Source: an uncultured Microthrixaceae bacterium (GTDB taxonomy: Bacteria > Actinomycetota > Acidimicrobiia > Acidimicrobiales > DATDAH01). Taken from it: a stretch of 64,000 bases of DNA. How positions within the stretch are numbered: the first letter of the stretch is position 1; each line of letters opens with the position of its first letter. The stretch spans positions 129,272 through 193,271 of the forward strand of contig CAVPAN010000016.1 in the NCBI GenBank assembly GCA_963701565.1. Reading direction: 5' to 3'. The position numbers were made by a program, and so were the translations under genes. Below, one piece after another: positions 44,828 through 55,099 of the stretch. The notes beneath the pieces were generated by a model. The model saw only the letters and a list, made by a program, of their open reading frames with translations, was not told the origin of the DNA and did not search any database.

Positions 44828-45247
44828 ATGGCAACCACCAAGGAACAGGCCCTGGCCGGCGTCAAGCTCTTCGGGCAGTTGAGCAAACGCCAGTCCTCCC
44901 GGTTGGCGCGGGTCGCCGACATCGTCTCGGTGGACGAGGGCGCAATCCTGATCAAGGAGGGCGAGCGCGGCCGTGAGCTCATCGTCATCGTCGAAGGCTC
45001 CGCGGTCGTCCGCCGCAACAATCGCAAGATCGCCGGCCTGGGGGCCGGCGACAGCCTGGGCGAGATGTCGCTGCTCGACCGCCAGTTGGCGACCGCCACG
45101 GTGGTCACGACCGAGCCCTGCCAGCTCGTCGTGATCGACGGACGGCGGTTCGAATCGGAGCTCGAGAACCTGCCCGGTCTGGCCCGGAACCTGCTGGCCA
45201 CGCTCTCCACCCGCCTCCGCGAGACCAACAAGGCCCTGGACCTCTAG
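44828..45247 (+). CDS. cyclic nucleotide-binding domain protein
   Basis: VKLF..L, EGERG, GDSLGEMSLLD..ATATV. Confidence 0.88.
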   Translation: MATTKEQALAGVKLFGQLSKRQSSRLARVADIVSVDEGAILIKEGERGRELIVIVEGSAVVRRNNRKIAGLGAGDSLGEMSLLDRQLATATVVTTEPCQLVVIDGRRFESELENLPGLARNLLATLSTRLRETNKALDL

Positions 45248-45505
45248 CGGCCGGTGCCGTGACCCGCGTGGACGGGTTCGAACGATGGCTGGCTGTCACG
45301 GAAGGCGGTCTTTGGGTACACGGTCGGAACCGAGCGATCTCCGGGGTCTGGGCGGCGATCCGCACCGCGCGGCAGATGAGGCTCCGAGTTCCCGCCAGTC
45401 GCTTGGAAAGGGCAGCCCGGTCGCATTTGCGGTCGGTGACCCCGCTGGCACAACGAACACCGCGCGGCTACCGCCGGGAGCGGTAGCCGCACGGAGTCGC
45501 CCTGT

Positions 45506-46276
45506 TCAGGCCGGCGTAGCGGCGCTGGCGCTGGCCGGCGAGAGCCCGACGACGCCGTTGCTGCGAGCCCACGCGGCGAGCGGGGCCGACACATCGAGGT
45601 CAGCGGTCGCGCTGGCGCTGGCCGGCGAGAGCCCGACGACGCCGTTGCTGCGAGCCCACGCGGCGAGCGGGGCCGACACATCGAGGTCAGCGGTCGCGCT
45701 GGCGCTGGCCGGCGAGAGCCCGACGACGCCGTTGCTGCGAGCCCACGCGGCGAGCGGGGCCGACACATCGAGGTCAGCGGTCGCGCTGGCGCTGGCCGGC
45801 GAGAGCCCGACGACGCCGTTGCTGCGAGCCCACGCGGCGAGCGGGGCCGACACATCGAGGTCAGCGGTCGCGCTGGCGCTGGCCGGCGAGAGCCCGACGA
45901 CGCCGTTGGTGCGAGCCCAGTCGGCGAGCGGGCCGACACCTCGAGGTCAGCGGTCGCGCTGGCGCTGGCCGGCGAGAGCCCGACGACGCCGTTGCTGCGA
46001 GCCCACTCGGCCAGCCGGGCCGACACATCGAGGTCGGCGGGCGCGCCGGCGCTGGCGGGCGAGAGCCCGACGACGCCGTTGGTGCGAGCCCACGTCGGCG
46101 AGCGGGGCGGACACCTCGAGGTCGGCGGGCGTGGTGATCGTCCTGGCGGGGTCGTCGGTCATCGTCTGAACGGCCCAGTAGCCGACCATGGTCGCCGCCA
46201 CGGCGATCAGGGCGGCGATCGCCGCGTACCGAGCTCGGCGGCTCGCCGTCTGCGGGTGGGTGATGGTGATGGTCAT
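45506..46276 (-). CDS. membrane-anchored/secreted protein with seven 29-aa repeats (two indels)
   Basis: GAAGGAG RBS, MTITITHP..TM, then ADLDVSAPLAAWARSNGVVGLSPASASAT-type repeats to the stop at 45506. Confidence 0.8.
45520..46128. repeat. 87-bp tandem repeat, 7 units
   Basis: gagagcccgacgacgccgtt recurs at 45540, 45627, 45714, 45801, 45888, 45974, 46061. Confidence 0.95.
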
Positions 46277-46338
46277 TGTTGGCTCCTTCTCGGTGACGGG
46301 TTGCACCATCGCCCGCGCCGCCGACGTCCCTCCGACGC

Positions 46339-46371
46339 GGTTCCTGCACGGTTCCTACGGAATCCCTACGA
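46339..46371. promoter_or_regulatory. three 11-bp-period direct repeats, putative SARP binding site
   Basis: ggttcctgcac/ggttcctacgg/aatccctacga between the divergent repeat-protein and SARP genes. Confidence 0.6.
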
Positions 46372-46410
46372 CCCCTTCGTGGGCCACGCCAGGAGTCGTA
46401 CTGTCCGATC

Positions 46411-49023
46411 GTGGAGTTTCGAGTGCTCGGCCCCGTGGAGGTGGCCGACGGCGAGGCGGAGCTCGACAGATCGGCGGGTCGAAGTCGGGATCGCTGATCG
46501 CGGCGTTGCTCGCCCATGGGGGTGAGTCGATCTCCCAGGACCGGTTGGCCGAGGCGATCTGGCCGGAGTCACACCGACCGCGCGACACGCTCCAGTCCTA
46601 CGTGTCGAGGGTGCGCCGTTGGCTGGGGCCGGAGGGCCGGGCGCTGCTCGTGCGTACCGGAGCGGGGTACTCGGTGGCGTGCGGGGGTCGGCTCGATGCC
46701 GAACGGTTCGAGTCGCTCCTGGACCGGGCAGCCGGCGCGCTCGCCGGCGAGGATCCGGCCACGGCGGTCGGCCTCCTCCAGCAGGCGCTGGACCTCTGGC
46801 ACGGGCCCGCGTTCGGCCACCACGCCTCCGACGTGCTCGTGGCGCCCGAAGCGGTCCGCCTGGAGGAGCTTCGTCTGGATCGCCCTCGAGCAGAAGGTCG
46901 AGGCGGAGATCACGCTCGGCGACCACCGCCGGGTGATCGGCGAGCTCGAGGCGCTGTGTGAGGCCCACCCGCTTCGTGAACGGCTGTGGGAGCTCCGCAT
47001 GCTCGCCCTGGCTCGAAGCGGACGGCAGGCCGAGGCCCTGCGGGCGTATCAGCGAGCTCGTCAGGTGCTCGTCGAGGAACTCGGGATCGAGCCGTCGAGT
47101 CGCCTGCAGCGGATGGAGCAGTCGGTGCTGGCGCAGGACCCCTCGCTGGAGCCGACCTCGCCGCCCACCGTGGGCGCCGCCGGCCGGAGGCTTCCGACGG
47201 TCAGCCCGGCGCTCCCTCCCGACGCGACCGCGTTCATCGGCCGAGTCGATGAGATCGTCCGGGTATCTGCGCTGTCGGGGCAGACGAGGCTGCTCACCCT
47301 GACCGGCATCGGCGGCGTGGGCAAGACCCGGCTGGCGATCCAAGTGGCGCGACGGGCGGCGCCGTCCCACCCCGGGGGGGTCGTCATGGTCGACATCTCG
47401 GGGGTCACCGACCCGGAGGAGGCGGCGGCCACCTTCGGCGAGTCCATCGACGGGCTCGGGTCCTCGGAGCTCGAGCGCCTGGTGATCCTCGACAACTGCG
47501 AGCATCTGATCGAGACCTGCGCCAGAGTGGTCGAGGCCGCCCTCAGCAGCCGACCCTCGCTGCGGGTCCTCGCCACGAGCCGAGAGCCGCTCGGCCTTCC
47601 CGGCGAGACGCGCTGGACGGTCGAACCACTGGCGGTGCCCGACGAGGGCGCGCCGGAGGTCGAGCTGGCCTCGAACGACGCCGCTCGGCTCTTCGTCCAA
47701 CGGGCCCGGGCGGCGCGACCGGCGGTGGCCTTCGACAGCACGGCGATGCAGGAGGTGGCGGAGATCTGCCGGCGGGTGGACGGCATCCCGCTCGCGATCG
47801 AGCTCGCCGCCGCGCTCGTGGGCACGATGAGCCTGCGCGAGATCAGGGACGGCCTTGCCGCCCGATTCGAACTGCTGCGTGAGGGGTACCGGACCGCTCC
47901 GGTGCGTCAGCAGACGCTGATGGGCGCCTTCGACTGGAGTTACGCGCTCATCGACGACCGCGACAAGCTCCTGCTCCAACGGCTGCGCCCGTTCCCGCTG
48001 GAGTTCCGGGGGCGCGCCGCAGAGATCATCTGCGCAGCCGATCAGACCGACGAGCCCGCGATACGGCGCGGTCTGGGACGGCTGGTCGACCGCTCGCTCG
48101 TCCACATGTACGAGCGGGACGGCCAGACCACCTACGGCATCCTGCCGACGATCCAGCAGTTCATCTGGGAGCGGACGGGCTGGCAGGGAGGCTTCGAGCA
48201 GCGAGGGTTCGTCGTGGCGCTCGCCCGGCACACCGAGCCCCGACTGCGGGGAACCCTCGACGACATGTGGTCCGCACTCCTCGACGGCCCGACCGACGTG
48301 TCCCGGGCGGCGTTGGACCTCGCGTCCGAGCTCCACGACCTCGAGGCCGGGGCGTTCCTCGCCGGTGTCGCCGCCGCTCGCACGACGCGGTCGCGGCGGG
48401 TTGCCGTCGTCGGCGGGGTTCGCTCGGCGCGTGTCGGTTGCGAGCAGCTCGAGGCGGGGTTCCGCGCCGGAGTCCACCACGCGGCTGACGGCGTGGACGT
48501 CGAGGCGCACTATGTCTCCGAACCACCGGATTTCACGGGCTTCATGGACACCGAGCGAGCCCGGAGGCTCACGACCGCCGCCTACCGCCAGGGTGTCGAC
48601 ATCGTCTTCCAAGCGGCCGGGATGGTCGCCGGTCGGGGGGTGCTCGAGGCCGCCCGGAACTGGCACGAGGCGACCGGCGCCTGGAACTGGGTCATCGGCG
48701 TCGATCTCGACGAACGGGTCACCCGAGAGGCACGGTTGCGGCCCTACGTGCTCACCAGCATGCGCCGTCAGATCCCGAGCGCCGTCTACCTAGCCGTCAA
48801 AGCCGCCGTGGCCGCCGGCGAGCCCGACGCCGCTCCCCGCTTCGATCTCGCGAACGAGGGGGTCGGCCTGTCCCGCACCGGCGGCCACATAGACAGCCTC
48901 GAGCAGGAGCTGGACGCGGTCCGCGCCGACATCCTGGCGGGACGCATCGACGTTCCCCAGGTCACGACTCCTGATGACGTCTCATGGTGGGACGTGCGCT
49001 CCGAGCCGCCCATCGTCGGGTGA
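46411..49023 (+). CDS. SARP/BTAD regulator with NB-ARC ATPase and C-terminal BMP (PnrA-like) domain (frameshifted)
   Basis: VEFRVLGPVEV, LQSYVSRVRR, HPLRERLW, GIEPS; GIGGVGKTRLA, LDNCEH, DGIPLAIELAA; VDIVFQAAG, VIGVDLD, VLTSM. Confidence 0.88.
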
Positions 49024-49151
49024 CAGACCCCCGGTCGGCCATCGCCGCTCGACGACGGGGACGGGCTGACGACAGCAGGTCCGGGCCAAGGCATCCTGAC
49101 CCCCCGGCCGCCACGTCGACCGGAAGGCATACGCCACTGGTTCGTGCCAGA

Positions 49152-50995
49152 GTGAGGCCCTGCGCGCCATCGTCCTCATCAAGCAGGTGCCCGATCTGCG
49201 CACCGTGGCCGTGGGGGTCAGGCCCGACGGCACGATCGCCCGCGAAGATGCGGCGGCCATCACCAATCCCGCCGACCTCCACGCCCTCGAGGCCGCCCTC
49301 CGGCTGGCCGAGGAGGTCTGGGCCCTGAGCATGGGCCCGCCCCGGGCCGTCGAGGTGCTACGCGACGCAGTTGCCCGGGGCGCGCACCGGGGCGTGCTCC
49401 TGAGCGACCGGGCGTTCGCCGGTTCCGACACCTGGGCCACCGCCAACGCCCTCGCCGCCGCCGTCAGCGCCGTCGGCGGTGCCGACCTCGTGCTCGCCGG
49501 GCTGACGGCCATCGACGGCGAGACCGGCCAGGTCGGCCCCCAGGTGGCCGAGCGACTCGGCCTCCCTCAGGCCACGGCCTGTGAGGATCTCGCCCTCGAG
49601 GGCAGTCGCCTGATCGCCCGGCGCATCGTCGAGGGCGGCTACGAGCGCCTCGCCCTCCCCCTTCCGGCGCTGGCCACTGTGGCCGAGACCGGCTTCGTTC
49701 CCCGCTATCCCACTCTGCCGGGTCGTCGTCGGGCCGACCGCGCCGTCTTCGACACGCTCACCGCCGCCGACCTGGGTCTGGGCGACGACCGGGTGGGGTT
49801 GGCCGCGTCGCCCACGAAGGTGGCCCACATGGTCCCGGCCCCGCTGCCGGACCGGACCTGCCGCCTGGTCGGCGACGGTTTCGACCTCGATGACCTCGTG
49901 TCCGAGTTGCAGGCCCTGGGCGCGCTCGATCCGGCCCCCAACGTCGAGGAAGCGGTGGACGTGGCGTCGCCGCCGGAGCACGATCCCCATCGGGGCGTGC
50001 CGCACCTGTGGGTCGTCGGCGAGGTGACCGGAGGTCGCTTGTCCGACGTCGCCGCCGGACTGCTCTCGCGCGCCAGCGAGCTCGCCCCCGCTCTCGGGGG
50101 TGGCGTCGGTGCGGTGGTTCTCGCCGACGACCCCTCGGCGGCGGCGGCGGATGCCGCCGGTTTCGGCGCCGATGTGGTGTACCGGGCCATGGATCCCCGC
50201 CTGACGCCCTACCGCTGCCTCCCGCACACCCGGGTGCTGGTGGACGCCATCCGGACCCACCGCCCCGCCGCCGTCCTGTTCGGAGCCACGACAACCGGGC
50301 GGGACCTCGCCCCCCGCGTGGCGGCCGCCCTGGACGTCGGCCTGGCCGCGGACTGCACCGACCTCACGGTGGGGCCGTGGGAGCGCCGTCACGTTCGGTA
50401 CGAGGCCCTCCTTCACCAGATCCGTCCGGCGATGGGTGGCGGCGTCCTGGCCACCTGCCTCGCCCCGGAGGCCCGGCCGCAGATGGCCACCGTGCGACCC
50501 GGGGTGTTTCCCGCCCGCCGGCAGCCGTGCCGAAGCCGCACCCAGGACCTCGCCGTCGACCTCGAGGCCGACGACCTGACCGTCGAGGTCCTGGACCGGG
50601 ACGTGCGGGAGGTCGACACCCGCCTGGCCGACGCCGACGTCGTGGTGGCAGGCGGCGCGGGGTGCGACGCCGGCTCGTGGCATCTGGTCGAGGCGTTGGC
50701 CGACGCGGTCGGTGGCACCGTGGCCGCCACCCGAGCGGCCGTCGAGGCCGGCCTGGCCCCCCGCTCGCGGCAGGTTGGGCAGACCGGGCAGGCGGTCCAC
50801 CCCCGCCTGTACATCGGTTGCGGCGTCTCCGGGGCCCTCCAGCACCTCGTGGGCATGCGCACGGCTCGCACCGTGCTTGCGATCAACCGGGATCCCGAGG
50901 CCTACCTGTTCCGGATGGCCCACTTCGGCATCGTCGGGGACGTGGCCGATGTCCTGCCCCAGCTCACCGATGCCCTCCATCGCCGCCGAGGCTGA
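49152..50995 (+). CDS. fused electron transfer flavoprotein beta-alpha (FixA-FixB type)
   Basis: IKQVPD, NPAD..ALE, SMGPP, GSDTWATA, DGETGQVG, then GRDLAPR, ADCT, QVGQTG, GVSGALQH, all in one frame; exact start uncertain. Confidence 0.88.
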
Positions 50996-51070
50996 TCCGC
51001 GACCGTCGCCCAACGTCATCCCCGTCGGCCCCGCGGCGTACGTGGGTGACCCGTGGCAGCATCGCGGACG

Positions 51071-52270
51071 ATGCTGTACGCGTTCAACGATGTGGTGGTC
51101 GACACGGAGCGCTACGAACTCCGCCGTGATGGCCAGCTCGTGCACGTCGAGCCGCAGGTCTTCGCCGTCCTCACGGTGCTGCTCGAACGCCGCCACCGGG
51201 TGGTGCTCAAGACCGAGCTGCTCGATGACGTGTGGGGCGACCGGTTCGTCGGCGAGTCGGCGCTCACGAGCCGGATCAAGGCCGCTCGCCAAGCTGTCGG
51301 CGACGACGGCTCCGCCCAACGGGTGATCCGCACCGCCCACGGCCGGGGCTATCAGCTCATCGCCGACGTGAGCGAGGAGGCCAACGAGCGGACCCCGTCG
51401 TCACTGCCCGCCGCCCCGTCGCTCGACCAGGAGATCAGGTTCTGCACCACCGAGGACGGTCATCGGCTCGCCTATGCCACCATCGGCGAAGGACCACCCC
51501 TCGTGCGCTCCGCCCACTGGATCACCCACCTCGACTACGACTGGCACAGCCCCGTCTGGCGTCACTGGCTCGAGGGCCTGGCCCAGGGGCGGACCCTGGT
51601 GCGCTACGACGAGCGGGGTTGCGGGCTCTCGGATCACGACGTCGACGTATGGTCCCTGGAGGCCTTCGTCAACGACCTGGAGACGGTCGTCGATGCCCTC
51701 GGCCTCGAGCGGTTCCCGTTGCTGGGCCTGTCCCAGGGCGGCCCGGTGGCCATGACCTACACCGACCGGCACCCGGAGCGGGTGAGCCATCTGATCCTCG
51801 TGGGCAGCTACGCGAAGGGTCGCGTCCAACGGGCCCGGTCCGACGAGGAGCGGCGGGAGGCGGAGGTGCAGATCGAGCTGGCCCGCCTCGGCTGGGGGCG
51901 CGACGACCCCACCTTCAGGCGCTTCTTCACCTCGTCGTTCATCCCCGACGCCCCCGCGGAGCTGTGGGAGGCCTTCGCCGAGCTGCTCCGCCGCACCACC
52001 TCGGCCGAGAACGCAGCCCACATGATCGAGACGTGGTCCCACGTCGATGTCGTCGACGTCGCCCGGCGGCTCGACGTGCCGACGCTCATCCTGCACGCCC
52101 GGGGCGACCTGCGGGCCCCCTTCGAGGGCGCCCTGGAGCTCGGGACCCTGATCCGGGGCAGTCGGGTGATCCCCCTCGACAGCGCCAACCACCTCCTGCG
52201 AGCCGATGAACCGGCCTGGGCGCAGCTGCTCACCGAGATCGATGCCTTCCTCGCCGCCGACGGCGCCTGA
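51071..52270 (+). CDS. winged-helix (Trans_reg_C) plus alpha/beta hydrolase fold protein
   Basis: VEPQVF..ELLDDVW..LTSRIKAAR..GRGY; YDERGCGLSD, GLSQGG, NHLL. Confidence 0.9.
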   Translation: MLYAFNDVVVDTERYELRRDGQLVHVEPQVFAVLTVLLERRHRVVLKTELLDDVWGDRFVGESALTSRIKAARQAVGDDGSAQRVIRTAHGRGYQLIADVSEEANERTPSSLPAAPSLDQEIRFCTTEDGHRLAYATIGEGPPLVRSAHWITHLDYDWHSPVWRHWLEGLAQGRTLVRYDERGCGLSDHDVDVWSLEAFVNDLETVVDALGLERFPLLGLSQGGPVAMTYTDRHPERVSHLILVGSYAKGRVQRARSDEERREAEVQIELARLGWGRDDPTFRRFFTSSFIPDAPAELWEAFAELLRRTTSAENAAHMIETWSHVDVVDVARRLDVPTLILHARGDLRAPFEGALELGTLIRGSRVIPLDSANHLLRADEPAWAQLLTEIDAFLAADGA

Positions 52271-52309
52271 CCGGCGACCGGGGAACGCTCACCTCTCTCC
52301 CAGCGGGCC

Positions 52310-53728
52310 TCAGGGCACGCCCGTGGTGGTCTCACAAGCAGCCGCGGTGTCCTTGCCGCTGTTACCCCGGCACGTGTCTGCGCCGGTGCCGCCGATGAGT
52401 TGGTCTTTGCCGGTCCCGCCGATGAGCTGGTCAGCGCCCTCGCCACCTCGGAGGGTGTCGTTGCCTGCGGTCCCAAAGATCTGGTCGCGCCCGCTTCCGC
52501 CGTTCACCGTGTCCGCGCCGCCACGGCCACAGACGACATCGCCACCGCCCAGGGCGCTGATGGTGTCATCGGAGGGGGTGCCCGAGATCACATCCGGTCC
52601 CGTCGTCGGCGCCTGGCCCCGGTTCATGTCCACCGTGACCACCCGACCGGCACAGGTCGGCGGCGGCGAACCCGCCAGGGTGACCGCGGCGGTCCGGGCG
52701 ACCGCCACCCCCAGATTGGCGGCGGTGAGGATCGCCACACTTGTGGCCAGAGCCGGCTCGGCCGCGATCGAGACCGTCGTGTTCACCGTGAGCGTGCCGC
52801 TGGAGCCCCTGGTCAGGGTGAAGGGTGCCGGCCAGCTCCACGTGAGCAGCACCCTGCCCTCGCCACAAAGCCCCCCCGTGGTGCGGCTGAGCACCGGTGC
52901 CGGCGACAGCCCGGCGGAGGATCCGTTGGCGGCGCTGGTCAGGTTCGCCGGATCGACCAGATCCATGTCGGGCGGCAGGCAGTCAGTGATGACCGGGTTC
53001 ACCAGATCGTCGGCCGAGTTGGCGTCGACTCCGATGCCGAGCCCCCAGACGACGCCGGCGCCGGCGGACACGACCGACGGCGAGGTCCGCACGTTGCTGA
53101 ACCGAACGGCAAGTGGAGCGGCGACCTGATCGGTGCAGGACCCTCGGGGGATGGTCGTGGCGCCATTCGCGCTGGCGCTGACGGTGATGCAGTTGCGGAT
53201 GTTGGCCCCGGTCGAGACGAGAGCCCCGTCACGGCCGATCCCGTTGGCCGGGCGTCCCGCCCGCATGTGGACGGTGGCGCCGAAGTTCGCCGGCACCGTT
53301 CCGTAGGTGAGTCGGAGCTCGTCGGCATGCGCGGAGACGCCCGCGCCCCAACCGGACTCGACGGTGAAGGTGATCAAGATCTGGAACGTCCCCCCGATCG
53401 GTCGCCACTCGACCTGCGGCGCAGTACCGGTGCCCGTCAGGTTGGCGTGGCCATCGGTGACCATCGACAGCTCGCTCGGGACCTCCTCCAGCACCGTGAG
53501 GTCGTCGAGGGGTCCGGGGTTGGGGTTCCCTGCCGTGATCGTGTAGGTGTCGGACTGCCCGGGGCCGAGGGAACCGAGCGTGTCGCTCATGGCGGCGCTC
53601 GGCCCGAGGCTCCCGGCCTGCGCAAGCGCCTGGTCCGCCCCGGAGCTCACCGTGACCGTCGAGCAGAGCACTGATGCCGTCACGACACCAAGTGCGGTCA
53701 GGTAGCAGGCCAACGGCCGCCTGCGCAT
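52310..53728 (-). CDS. secreted DUF11/Ig-like protein with RTX-type calcium-binding repeats
   Basis: Signal peptide, YTITAGN and ITDCLP domains, GGxGxDxLx nonapeptides at the C-terminus. Confidence 0.82.
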   Translation of the reverse strand: MRRRPLACYLTALGVVTASVLCSTVTVSSGADQALAQAGSLGPSAAMSDTLGSLGPGQSDTYTITAGNPNPGPLDDLTVLEEVPSELSMVTDGHANLTGTGTAPQVEWRPIGGTFQILITFTVESGWGAGVSAHADELRLTYGTVPANFGATVHMRAGRPANGIGRDGALVSTGANIRNCITVSASANGATTIPRGSCTDQVAAPLAVRFSNVRTSPSVVSAGAGVVWGLGIGVDANSADDLVNPVITDCLPPDMDLVDPANLTSAANGSSAGLSPAPVLSRTTGGLCGEGRVLLTWSWPAPFTLTRGSSGTLTVNTTVSIAAEPALATSVAILTAANLGVAVARTAAVTLAGSPPPTCAGRVVTVDMNRGQAPTTGPDVISGTPSDDTISALGGGDVVCGRGGADTVNGGSGRDQIFGTAGNDTLRGGEGADQLIGGTGKDQLIGGTGADTCRGNSGKDTAAACETTTGVP

Positions 53729-53846
53729 CTTCCCCTGCACACCCACGCCGGCCCCTCTCGCCCTGAGACGGCACGCTCCCACATCCCGCCTCCAACTCGC
53801 TGGGAGGAGGTCCCCGCGCCCTGGCCCGTGACCTGGGAAAATGCTC

Positions 53847-53894
53847 GGTGGGCGATACTGGTCTCCGAACTAGTGGCCTCTGCCGTGTGAGGCA
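53847..53894 (-). repeat. tRNA-Val(CAC) 3' fragment (att-like copy A, degenerate)
   Basis: ggtgggcgatactggtctccgaactagtggcctctgccgtgtgaggca followed by the conserved cgcga flank. Confidence 0.85.
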
Positions 53895-54002
53895 CGCGAG
53901 CCGTTCACGAGGACCGCGGGATTCCGGGGTTCCACCGGTCACCAACCGGCTCGGACTGGTCGGCCTATGGTCACCCGCGATGCATCCAGCGGAGGGGTGG
54001 CC

Positions 54003-54734
54003 GTGGCGCTCGATCTGACCGGATACGACGCGCTGAGCTTCGACTGCTACGGCACGCTCATCGACTGGGAGACGGGCATCGCCGCCGTCCTGGGCCCCTG
54101 GGCCCGTCGTCATGATCCGGGCCTCACCGACGAGCAACTGCTCGTCGCCTACTCGGACCACGAAGCCGCGGTCGAGGCCGAGCAGCCCGGGTCCCGCTAC
54201 CCGGAGGTGCTGCGGGAGGCCTTCCGCCGCACCGGCGCAGCACTGGGCTTCCCGGTCTCCGACGCCGAGGCCGACGCGTTCGGCACCTCGGTGCCCGACT
54301 GGCCCGCGTTCGCCGACTCGACGGAGGCGCTCCAGCGTCTGAAGGCGCGCTACCGGCTCATCATCCTCTCCAACGTCGACCGCGAGAGCTTCGCCGGCAG
54401 CAACCGTCGCCTGGGCGTCGAGTTCGACGAGATCCTCACCGCCCAGGACATCGGCTCCTACAAGCCCGATCCCGCCAACTTCGCCGCCCTCCTCGACCGG
54501 GCCGAGGCGATCGGGGTCGGCGGCCGGCTCCTGCACGTCGCCCAGTCGCTCTTCCATGACCACGTCCCCGCCAAAGCCGCGGGCCTCCCCACGGTCTGGA
54601 TCAACCGTCGCCACGACCACAGCGGCTGGGGCGCTACACCCGACCCGCGAGCCGACGTCAGCCCCGATCTCGAGGTCCCGTCCATGGCGGCATTCGCCGA
54701 CGCCGTCGAGGCCGCATTCGCTCCTGACCGTTGA
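54003..54734 (+). CDS. HAD family hydrolase (haloacid dehalogenase type II-like)
   Basis: FDCYGTLIDWE, LSNVD, YKP, HVAQSLFHD. Confidence 0.92.
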   Translation: MALDLTGYDALSFDCYGTLIDWETGIAAVLGPWARRHDPGLTDEQLLVAYSDHEAAVEAEQPGSRYPEVLREAFRRTGAALGFPVSDAEADAFGTSVPDWPAFADSTEALQRLKARYRLIILSNVDRESFAGSNRRLGVEFDEILTAQDIGSYKPDPANFAALLDRAEAIGVGGRLLHVAQSLFHDHVPAKAAGLPTVWINRRHDHSGWGATPDPRADVSPDLEVPSMAAFADAVEAAFAPDR

Positions 54735-54803
54735 CGGCGCGCTGGCGCCTCCCCCGTCGTGACCGGGGTTGGGCGTCGCGTGGTGGGGGGGGACCTCCGG
54801 CCC

Positions 54804-54828
54804 AACGTCTTGGGGGCTGCGGCGTGTA
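54804..54828 (+). promoter_or_regulatory. ECF-type promoter copy (AAC-N16-CGTGTA)
   Basis: Homologous to 56486 and 58575; GTG start follows after a 6-nt spacer. Confidence 0.55.
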
Positions 54829-54834
54829 GCTGCT

Positions 54835-55021
54835 GTGGATGTGGTGACCGCGCCGGCCGACTACGCCGCCATCCCGACCTTCGACTCGTTCTTCGCGGCC
54901 GAGTATGGGCGGGTGGTGGGGCTGGCCGGCGTGCTCTGCGGCCAACGGGCAGTGGCCGAGGAGATCGTCCAGGGACACCTTCGTCCAGGCCTACCGGCGC
55001 TCGTCAGTGGTGTCGGGCTAC
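54835..55021 (+). pseudogene. truncated ECF sigma factor paralog
   Basis: VDVVTAPADYAAIPTFDSFFAAEYGRVVGLA..AVAEEI, homologous to the 56518 gene; similarity ends ~55021. Confidence 0.8.
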
Positions 55022-55099
55022 GGCTGGTGTTCGGACAGATGACCGTCGTGTCCCGCAGCGTCCGAGCTGCGGGCGGACGAGCCGCGGACGAACGGGACG

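Noticed and set aside
45250-45500. Possible ncRNA or riboswitch; contains ggttcgaa
   Set aside because: No flanking T-stem or recognisable aptamer consensus, and it lies between convergent genes
45520-46128. Possible CRISPR array
   Set aside because: Units are 87-bp head-to-tail copies with no unique spacers, the length is a multiple of 3 within a coding frame, and no cas genes are present
53770-53795. Possible alternative arm-type pair (gctcccac/gcctccaa) left of att copy A
   Set aside because: Too degenerate and seen only once
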